From: a bacterium
GTDB lineage: Bacteria; Patescibacteriota; WWE3; JBDRAO01
DNA: 48,704 nt
Assembly (NCBI GenBank): GCA_043823645.1
Contig: JBDRAO010000024.1
Location: forward strand, 1 to 48,704
Direction of reading: 5' to 3'
Shown: piece by piece, positions 41,191 through 47,516 of the stretch
How the letters are laid out: every line of letters begins with the position of its first letter
How positions within the stretch are numbered: position 1 is the stretch's first letter
Made by a program: the position numbers and the translations under genes
The notes under the pieces: generated by a model
Told to the model about the DNA's origin: nothing
Database searches by the model: none
The model's input: the letters and a program-made list of their open reading frames with translations, nothing else

Positions 41191-42222
41191 TCAACTTGTC
41201 AAGCTTTTCACCGCCTGCGCCCCGGCAATCTTGGAGCTTAGCCGTCCAAAGCCTTGCGCCGCCTCATCCGACTTAGCCTTGGCGTTGGTAATGTGCTTTT
41301 GCAAAATGGTAAAATCATCTTCAAACTTTTCCGCCTCTTTTTTAATGGCTTGCAATGATTGCAAAATAAGTTTCGCCTTTTCACCCACCTGCTGTTTTTC
41401 AAACCCAATCATAATAACTCGCAAAAAGGAAAAAAATTGGTTGGGGGAGACAGCCGTGACTCTTTTTTGGTAGGCATACTCCAAAAGCTCGGGAAAAGTG
41501 TTGTTTATTTCATATGCCACCGGTTCAGAAGGGATATACATAATGGCAAAATCTACCGTGCCCTCGGCCGGCAAAATGTACTTGTTGGCAATGTCGCGAA
41601 TATGCTTGCGGCAATCATTTTCAAACTGTTTTCCGGCCACCCCCTTTTCCTTACCGGAGGTGTTAATGTAGCGTCTAAAAGATTCCATGGGAAACTTGGC
41701 GTCAATGGGGATTTTGCCCTCTCCGGTTTCAATTAAAGCGTCTACTCGCTCGCCGCTTGAAAACTGGTATTGCAGGGAAAACCGGCCGTGGGGGATGGTC
41801 TCTTTTAAAAGGTCGTTTAAAATTTGCTCGCCAATATTGCCCCTGAGTTTGGGAGCCTGTAGGACCTGATAGACATCTTTAATGTAACCGGTGGTCTCAG
41901 CCAAGCCTCCCAGCTCTTTTTGCACTCCGGCAATCACCGAGGCGGCCTTATCGAGCCGTTCGTTGACCGATTTGTTGCTCTGCTGTAAATGCTCCACCAG
42001 GTTTTTTTGAGAGGAGGATAGCTGTTTGTCTAGGGTTTCGCGAGTCCTATCGAGCGAGCTTTGCATATTGGAAAGCCACTCGGTGAGCACTTTTTGGTTT
42101 TGATCGTCCGAAGGTTTTAGCACCTCTTGCAGTTTCTTGTAGAGTAGTATTAGTCCCCCTGCCAAGGACAGCAGTGTGACAAAGATGCCAAAAACCAGTA
42201 GATTACTCATATGAGTAATCAT
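41191..42222 (-). CDS. rmuC: DNA recombination protein RmuC
   Basis: N-terminal TM helix, a long coiled coil, LRGNIGEQILNDLL and VDFAIMYIPSE. The start may be the internal ATG at 42210 (MSNLLVF). Confidence 0.8.
   Translation of the reverse strand: MITHMSNLLVFGIFVTLLSLAGGLILLYKKLQEVLKPSDDQNQKVLTEWLSNMQSSLDRTRETLDKQLSSSQKNLVEHLQQSNKSVNERLDKAASVIAGVQKELGGLAETTGYIKDVYQVLQAPKLRGNIGEQILNDLLKETIPHGRFSLQYQFSSGERVDALIETGEGKIPIDAKFPMESFRRYINTSGKEKGVAGKQFENDCRKHIRDIANKYILPAEGTVDFAIMYIPSEPVAYEINNTFPELLEYAYQKRVTAVSPNQFFSFLRVIMIGFEKQQVGEKAKLILQSLQAIKKEAEKFEDDFTILQKHITNAKAKSDEAAQGFGRLSSKIAGAQAVKSLTS
42201..42220. promoter_or_regulatory. Perfect 20-bp palindrome gattactcatatgagtaatc containing both divergent start codons
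   Basis: The central CATATG gives lepA its ATG at 42211 and the rmuC internal ATG at 42208-42210 (minus). Both strands read ATGAGTAAT (MSN). Confidence 0.5.
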
Positions 42223-43992
42223 ATCAGAAACTTTGCCATAATTTCACACATTGATCACGGCAAGTCCACCCTGGCCGATAGGTTTTTGGAGCTGACCCAA
42301 ACGGTGGGTAAAAAAGAAATGCATGCGCGTTTTTTGGACAGCATGGCCCTGGAGCAGGAAAAAGGGATTACTATTAAGCTCAAGGCTGTTAGAATGAGCT
42401 GTCAAATGTCGGACATCAGTCATCCGACATCCGACAGGTTTATTCTTAATTTAATAGACACGCCTGGACATGTGGATTTTTCCTACGAAGTCTCGCGCGC
42501 CCTGGCCGCCTGTGAGGGCGCTCTTTTGCTGGTAGATGCCACTCAGGGCATTCAGGCGCAAACCTTAGCAGTGCTTTATAAGGCGCTCGATTTAAATTTA
42601 ACTATTATTCCGGTAATCAATAAGGTAGATTTGCCTACGGCAGGAAGCGGATTGGCCGTTTTAGAACAGCAAATGCGCGATTTGCTGGGAGGGTATGGGG
42701 GTGAGGTTTCCAAAATATCGGCCAAGACCGGTGGGGGAGTAGAAGGGCTTTTACAAAGGATTGTAAAAGAAATCCCAAGTCCAAAATCCCTGCCTTGCCG
42801 GCAGGCAGGCAAATATCAAAACAAATTGAGAGCCTTAATTTTCGATAGTTACTACGACCAGTACAAAGGGGTGGTGGCTCTGGTAAGGGTTTTTGGGGGT
42901 ACCATTGAGGGTAGTAGTCCTCTTTATGCTGTAGGGTCAAAAACCGAGTTTGAACCTTTGGAGCTGGGGTTTTTTACGCCCCACTCCAAAAAAACCGCCT
43001 TAATTTCAGCTGGTGAGGTGGGCTATATTGCCACCGGTTTAAAAGATATCTCTAAGGTTCGAGTGGGGGATACCATTGTTTCCTTTCCCCTTAACCCCCT
43101 TTCCCCCCTTACCCCTCTCCCCGGCTACAGGGCGCCGCAGGCTATGGTTTTTTTAAGCCTCTACCCTAAAGACGCGGCTCGTTTTGGAGACCTCAAAAAG
43201 GCTCTGGAACACCTAAATTTAACCGATGCGGCCCTTACAGTGGAGCCGGAAAACACGCCCGCCTTGGGGGTGGGTTTTAAGGTGGGCTTTTTGGGGCTTT
43301 TGCACGCTGAAATAACCGTGGAACGCTTAAAGCGGGAATACGGCTTAGATTTAATTAGCACCATCCCCCAGGTGGCTCATAAAAAAGTTGAGGGAGATAT
43401 TTACGAGCCAAAGGTAAAGGGGCAAATTTTTACGCCTCGGCGGTACTTGGGAGCGGTGCTAAAATTAACCGATTCGGCCCGCGGGGAGTTTTTAGATACC
43501 CGCTATTTAAGTGAGGATAGCGTTTTGGTAGAGGCAAAACTGCCGCTTTCGGAGCTCGTGGCCAATTTTTACGATCGTCTCAAGTCACTCACTTCAGGTT
43601 ATGCCAGTTTGAGTTACGAGTTTTTGGGGTTTGAAAAGGAAGATTTGGTACTCCTTGATATTTTGGTACACGGGGAAAAGGTGGCCGCCCTTTCTCAAAT
43701 TGTGCCACGAGCGAGGGCCTACGCCATTGGCAGTCAATTAATAAAAAAATTAAAAGATACCATCCCCAGGGAGCAGTTTAAGGTGGCTTTGCAGGCGGCC
43801 ATTGGGGGCAAGATTATTGCCCGAGAAACTTTGCCGGCTTTTAGAAAAGATGTCACCGCCAAGCTTTACGGGGGAGACCGCACCCGCCGCGATAAATTAC
43901 TCAAAAAGCAGGCCAGGGGAAAAAAGAGGATGGGGGCTGAGGGCAGGGTAAACCTTTCCCCGGAAGCTATTTTTAAATTAGTCTCCTCGTGA
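42211..43992 (+). CDS. lepA: Elongation factor 4 (LepA)
   Basis: NFAIISHIDHGKSTLADR, IDTPGHVDF, NKVDL and the C-terminal LYGGDRTRRDKLLKKQ. Confidence 0.95.
   Translation: MSNHIRNFAIISHIDHGKSTLADRFLELTQTVGKKEMHARFLDSMALEQEKGITIKLKAVRMSCQMSDISHPTSDRFILNLIDTPGHVDFSYEVSRALAACEGALLLVDATQGIQAQTLAVLYKALDLNLTIIPVINKVDLPTAGSGLAVLEQQMRDLLGGYGGEVSKISAKTGGGVEGLLQRIVKEIPSPKSLPCRQAGKYQNKLRALIFDSYYDQYKGVVALVRVFGGTIEGSSPLYAVGSKTEFEPLELGFFTPHSKKTALISAGEVGYIATGLKDISKVRVGDTIVSFPLNPLSPLTPLPGYRAPQAMVFLSLYPKDAARFGDLKKALEHLNLTDAALTVEPENTPALGVGFKVGFLGLLHAEITVERLKREYGLDLISTIPQVAHKKVEGDIYEPKVKGQIFTPRRYLGAVLKLTDSARGEFLDTRYLSEDSVLVEAKLPLSELVANFYDRLKSLTSGYASLSYEFLGFEKEDLVLLDILVHGEKVAALSQIVPRARAYAIGSQLIKKLKDTIPREQFKVALQAAIGGKIIARETLPAFRKDVTAKLYGGDRTRRDKLLKKQARGKKRMGAEGRVNLSPEAIFKLVSS
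42788..42809. repeat. Rep-C GC palindrome in frame in lepA (SLPCRQAG)
   Basis: ccctgccttgccggcaggcagg is the same core as 24800-24820, 46696-46714 and 47497-47516. Confidence 0.7.
43081..43122. repeat. Rep-A copy 5 (in frame in lepA; FPLNPLSPLTPLP)
   Basis: tcctttccccttaaccccctttccccccttacccctctcccc. Confidence 0.65.
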
Positions 43993-44005
43993 AGTCCGGT
44001 ATTAC

Positions 44006-44034
44006 TTGACAATGGAGTATTACCATTGTAGATT
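44006..44034 (+). promoter_or_regulatory. Sigma70-like promoter for a leaderless vapB transcript, flanked by direct repeats
   Basis: TTGACA, 17 nt, TAGATT, then 6 nt to ATG at 44041. GTATTAC direct repeats bracket the -35 hexamer. Confidence 0.4.
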
Positions 44035-44040
44035 GGTGGT

Positions 44041-44280
44041 ATGACTTACGCTACCACTGTAACTACAAAGGGGCAGGTAACTATTCCCCATAAAATTAGA
44101 GATGCCTATAATATTGCTCCCGGACAGAAGGTGGAGTTTGCCGGTAGAGGCGGTGTTATAGAAGTAAGGCCTTTGCGCGATATTTTTTACTATAGAGGTT
44201 ACTTTAAAACGGATAAGAAGTATAACGAAAAAGAGGCCGAGAAGGCTTACATTAAAGACATAATCGCCGGAAGAGTTTAA
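44041..44280 (+). CDS. AbrB/MazE/SpoVT-family antitoxin
   Basis: 79 aa. TTKGQVTIPHKIRDAYNIAPGQKVEF is the swapped-hairpin motif. Confidence 0.75.
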   Translation: MTYATTVTTKGQVTIPHKIRDAYNIAPGQKVEFAGRGGVIEVRPLRDIFYYRGYFKTDKKYNEKEAEKAYIKDIIAGRV

Positions 44281-44281
44281 T

Positions 44282-44668
44282 ATGGTACTGGACACGGATT
44301 GTGTTATCCGCTTAATTACAAAAGATGATGAGAAGAAGGCTTTAAAAGTTGAGAAAGCAATGCGAGGGGCTAAGTATTTAGTACTTACGGATGTCACCTT
44401 TGCGGAGATTTATTTTGTTCTCAAATCCAACTACTCTTTTGATAGAAAGGAAATCTTTAAGGTATTGACAGGTTTAGTGAATACTGCCAATGTTGTTTGC
44501 AATACAGAGGTCTTACTGAAAACAGTAGATATTTTAAGCGCAGTTGCGTCGAGCAGTTTTGTGGACGCTTATGAAGCGGCCTTTTCTTTAGTGGGCAATA
44601 CCGGTAAGGTGTTGTCTTTTGATCGCGATTTTGACAAGATAAGGGGTATTACCAGAGTAGAGCCTTAA
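44282..44668 (+). CDS. PIN-domain toxin (VapC-like)
   Basis: 128 aa. MVLDTD, E at FAEIY, VDAYEA and SFDRDFD give the acidic PIN tetrad spacing. 1-nt gap after the antitoxin. Confidence 0.7.
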   Translation: MVLDTDCVIRLITKDDEKKALKVEKAMRGAKYLVLTDVTFAEIYFVLKSNYSFDRKEIFKVLTGLVNTANVVCNTEVLLKTVDILSAVASSSFVDAYEAAFSLVGNTGKVLSFDRDFDKIRGITRVEP

Positions 44669-44671
44669 ATT

Positions 44672-44830
44672 ATGCCAAAGAGGAAATATCAACCAAAGGT
44701 TAAAAAAAGAGCCAGAAAGCATGGGTTTCTAAAACGGATGGCGAGCCCTGGTGGTAAAAATGTACTCAAACGCCGCCGCCTCAAAGGGAGAAAGCGTTTG
44801 GCTGTAAGCGTCCGCAAAAAATCAGGTTAG
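44672..44830 (+). CDS. rpmH: 50S ribosomal protein L34 (52 aa, below the ORF-track cutoff)
   Basis: Translated by hand as [52 protein letters not shown]. Compare the L34 consensus ..RKR.HGF..RM....G..VL..RR.KGRK.L. Confidence 0.9.
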   Translation: MPKRKYQPKVKKRARKHGFLKRMASPGGKNVLKRRRLKGRKRLAVSVRKKSG

Positions 44831-44845
44831 TATTTGACTGAGTAT

Positions 44846-44889
44846 TCATAATTCATAATTGTTAATTGTTAATTGTTAATTGTTAATTG
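44846..44889. repeat. Rep-D-related tandem 7-mer (gttaatt x5) in the rpmH-rnpA spacer
   Basis: tcataattcataattgttaattgttaattgttaattgttaattg. Confidence 0.7.
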
Positions 44890-45236
44890 ATACCGTGGCT
44901 CTTTCCAAGGAATACATTTTAAAAGACAAATACTATTTCAAACGAGTGCGGCGCCTGGGCAAAACCTTTTCTACCCCTTTGTTTTTTTTGAATATTGCCC
45001 CCTGTAAAGATGCCCGAGAGCTAAAATTTGGCCTCATTGTGACCACCAAAGTTGACAAACGGGCAGTGGAACGCAACCGGATTAGGCGGGCTTTAAGTGA
45101 AGCGGTTAGAGTAAGACTGCCAAAGCTCAATAGGGGATACCATGTGGTAATAGTTGCCAAAGCGGCGGCCGTAGGCAAAAGTTACCAGGATTTCGATGCC
45201 TGTTTTGCCAAACTCTTGCCAAAGACACCTCTCTAG
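44880..45236 (+). CDS. rnpA: Ribonuclease P protein component
   Basis: FGLIVTTKVDKRAVERNRIRRALSEAVR is the RNR motif region. Follows rpmH as in most bacteria. The start is uncertain: TTG 44880 lies in the repeat, and GTG 44895 is an alternative. Confidence 0.8.
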   Translation: MLIDTVALSKEYILKDKYYFKRVRRLGKTFSTPLFFLNIAPCKDARELKFGLIVTTKVDKRAVERNRIRRALSEAVRVRLPKLNRGYHVVIVAKAAAVGKSYQDFDACFAKLLPKTPL

Positions 45237-46309
45237 CCCTTTTTCCTCCCCCCTTTCTTTTTCTTTTTAAGTACCACATGCAAGGGAAAAAATTCAAAAT
45301 AATCGTTTTCGTCAAACCAGCCGCATTTGATATTATAGAGGCGAATGGTGGTCAGGCGGGAAAGAGCCAGAGCGTATAAAGTGAGCTGGTCAATGGGCTT
45401 TTGCTTTCTGGCCGAAGGTTTATAATCTAAAATGTGCAAACAACCATTTCTCATTTGCAATATATCAATATGTCCCGTTAGGGCTTCTTCATCTTCCAAA
45501 CTCAGGGGGATTTCAAACCCCAGCTCATTTTGATAGTGTAAAATGTCCTCTTTAGTTAAAAGCACCGGCAGTTCGGTAGCAATGGTCACCGAGTCGTTTA
45601 CCAGCATATATTCTTGTAGAATCTCGTGCCTTAGTTTATTGTTGCCCACCGCTTGCAAGACAAAATTGGCCATATGGCAGGCGGCGTTTTTAGTGGGCTT
45701 AATCCTTACTTGGTCTAAATTAAAGGTATTTTTGTAATAAGAGGCTCTCTTTTGGGCGGTTCTAAACTTTTGGTGGGGGCACTCGTCAAACACCAGCTCC
45801 AAAAACTCGCGAATGGGGCGCAGGGTGTAGTGGGAAAAGTTTTGCTCCAGCTGGCATCGGAGTTTGGCGCGGTGGTATTTGAAATTATACACCTGCTCGT
45901 GGTGCAGTCTGGCCTCAGCAATGATTTCCTTTGGTTTATAGTTGAGTTTTACAAAGTCTCTCATTCTGGTAAAGGGGATAAAACCGGCATAACTTTTAAG
46001 CCAGTTGGTAATGTTTTGGGGGCTGACTGTGACACCGTAGTGTTGGCTTACCTTTTGGGCGGATTCGTCCAGGGAGTTTAGGCGGTTATACAAGGTAATG
46101 CAATCTAAGATTACCCTTAAAGGGAAAGTTTTGTGTTTGGTGACTCCGGGGGTAAACTTTTTTTGACACAGTTTGCAAAAGTAAACCTGCACCTCCTCGT
46201 GCTTTTTGGATCTAATGCCGGTTTTAACCACTTTACTGCCCGAGCAAAAGGGGCACAAAGCGGCGGTTTTTATAATGCCAACTTCCTGTTTATCAAATAA
46301 CACAATCAA
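45233..46309 (-). CDS. Zinc-ribbon + PD-(D/E)XK (RecB/Cas4-like) nuclease-domain protein
   Basis: 358 aa with a TTG start. N-terminal CPFCSGSKVVKTG...YFCKLCQKKF is an IS1-InsA-like C4 ribbon. C-terminal GHIDILQMRNGCLHILDYKPSARKQKPIDQLTLYALAL parallels the helicase nuclease motif GSIDRVD...IIDYKTG...QLTIYALA. Confidence 0.55.
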   Translation of the reverse strand: MIVLFDKQEVGIIKTAALCPFCSGSKVVKTGIRSKKHEEVQVYFCKLCQKKFTPGVTKHKTFPLRVILDCITLYNRLNSLDESAQKVSQHYGVTVSPQNITNWLKSYAGFIPFTRMRDFVKLNYKPKEIIAEARLHHEQVYNFKYHRAKLRCQLEQNFSHYTLRPIREFLELVFDECPHQKFRTAQKRASYYKNTFNLDQVRIKPTKNAACHMANFVLQAVGNNKLRHEILQEYMLVNDSVTIATELPVLLTKEDILHYQNELGFEIPLSLEDEEALTGHIDILQMRNGCLHILDYKPSARKQKPIDQLTLYALALSRLTTIRLYNIKCGWFDENDYFEFFPLHVVLKKKKKGGRKKG

Positions 46310-46340
46310 TTAACAATTACGAATGTACAATTACGAATTA
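46307..46340. repeat. Rep-D long arm (caattaacaattacgaatgtacaattacgaatta)
   Basis: 32 of 34 positions identical to 47438-47471. Supplies the last codons and the stop (..INS*) of the 46331-46687 gene. Confidence 0.8.
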
Positions 46341-46687
46341 ATTTTGGATGTTTTTTGAATAGCGCCAATAATTTTACAAAGTTCCTCACAATCGTTCAAG
46401 AGAGACTCTGCCGCCCTTTCGTCAACATATTGAGAATCCTTCAACAACCTTATCCAATATCTCGTTTCTCTAGTTTCTTTGTACGCTATTGACATTTTAG
46501 ATACAAAATCCTTTTTTGATTGGGCGCCAATAGCTTCCTCAACATTAGCGCCAATTCCGGTACCGCTCCGCAAAACCTGTTTGGACAGAACAAACTCTCT
46601 TTTCTTTTCACTAAGAAAACGGTACAGTTTGATGACTCTCAAAGAAAATTGGTAGCTCTTATTCAGTATTAGGTTATCTTTTTTCAT
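46331..46687 (-). CDS. Four-helix-bundle protein (23S rRNA IVS protein family)
   Basis: 118 aa. SKQVLRSGTGIGANVEEAIGAQSKKDF...ETRYW. The ATG and stop are both contributed by Rep-D arms. Confidence 0.8.
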   Translation of the reverse strand: MKKDNLILNKSYQFSLRVIKLYRFLSEKKREFVLSKQVLRSGTGIGANVEEAIGAQSKKDFVSKMSIAYKETRETRYWIRLLKDSQYVDERAAESLLNDCEELCKIIGAIQKTSKINS

Positions 46688-46790
46688 TCGTAATTCCTGC
46701 CTGCCGGCAGGCAGACGTAATTGTTAATTCGTAATTGTCTCCGTTGTTTTCCCCCATTCGTAATTCGTAATTGTTAATTCGTAATTGTCT
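46685..46790. repeat. Rep-D arms + Rep-C GC palindrome (46696-46714) between two four-helix-bundle genes
   Basis: cattcgtaattcctgcctgccggcaggcagacgtaattgttaattcgtaattg ... cattcgtaattcgtaattgttaattcgtaattg. Confidence 0.8.
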
Positions 46791-47253
46791 TGAAGGCCCT
46801 TTCCCACGCCCGCTTTAAGTTTAATATCTTTCTTTTTTGTATTTGGTACTGGTGCAGGAATTTTACTAAAGATTCTTTGGTTTCAGCGTTTTCCGAAGCG
46901 GCCACCAAGAAATCCAGGCGGGAGATAATGTCGGCCATTACCTGCGAGGCCTGTTCCAGCTCGTTAAGCCCCCGGTCAATATCTACAAACTTTTCGCCAT
47001 AGCTTACGCTAATGAGCCGAGGAGGGGATTGGGCCAGTTTTTTAAGTTCGCTGTGTTCTTCCTGCAATTCTTTGGGGAGTTTGAGCTTAAAGATATCCGA
47101 GGCCAGTTGAGTGGTTTTCTGGTAAACCTCCAAGTCGCGAAAAGATTTGATGGCCGTTCTCACGCGGTACTTTTTGAATTCCCGCTTGTAATATTTTTTT
47201 GGGGCCGGGTAGGTCATTGGGTTCAGTATAACCATTTCTGCCAGCTTTGCCAA
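46774..47253 (-). CDS. Divergent four-helix-bundle-like protein
   Basis: 159 aa, all-helical. FRDLEVYQKTTQLASDIFKL matches the family N-terminal helix (f.dL.vwq.a..l), but the central SxGANxxEG motif is not preserved. The last codons (TITN*) are encoded by Rep-D. Confidence 0.45.
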   Translation of the reverse strand: MAKLAEMVILNPMTYPAPKKYYKREFKKYRVRTAIKSFRDLEVYQKTTQLASDIFKLKLPKELQEEHSELKKLAQSPPRLISVSYGEKFVDIDRGLNELEQASQVMADIISRLDFLVAASENAETKESLVKFLHQYQIQKRKILNLKRAWERAFKTITN

Positions 47254-47437
47254 TTTCAGTCAAAATTGGCACTTTTGGTGGTGGTATCAAGCGCCCCAGC
47301 TTCCTATGGCGTTTTTGCTTTAGCTAAAGGAGATAACCCCTTCCATCTCCCTGGTTTTAGGATCAAAATCTCCCGAATTTTGGGGAGAATAGGGGAGCGC
47401 CCAAAACTCGAGAGATGAAATCTGAGGCTATGGGACT

Positions 47438-47516
47438 CAATTAAGAATTACGAATGTACAATTACGAATGAAATACAAAGAAATTAATTCGTAATTCCTG
47501 CCTGCCGGCGAGGCAG
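47438..47516. repeat. Rep-D solo hairpin with remnant mini-ORF + Rep-C GC palindrome
   Basis: caattaagaattacgaatgtacaattacgaATGAAATACAAAGAAATTAATTCGTAAttcctgcctgccggcgaggcag. The mini-ORF at 47468-47494 reads MKYKEINS*. Confidence 0.8.

Noticed and set aside
44846-44889. Tandem gttaatt repeats and the many Rep-D copies considered as a possible CRISPR array.
   Set aside because: The units are 7-34 nt with no regularly spaced unique spacers of constant length. No cas genes are present, and the copies are dispersed or palindromic rather than arrayed.
46331-47253. Four-helix-bundle proteins resemble DGR accessory (Avd) proteins, so a diversity-generating retroelement was considered.
   Set aside because: There is no reverse transcriptase ORF and no template/variable repeat pair with A-specific mismatches anywhere in the window.
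47029-47418. 129-aa plus-strand ORF overlapping the divergent four-helix-bundle gene and the spacer 47254-47435.
   Set aside because: It is largely antisense to 46774-47253, with no RBS or motifs. The 180-nt spacer remains unexplained, but I cannot support a gene there.
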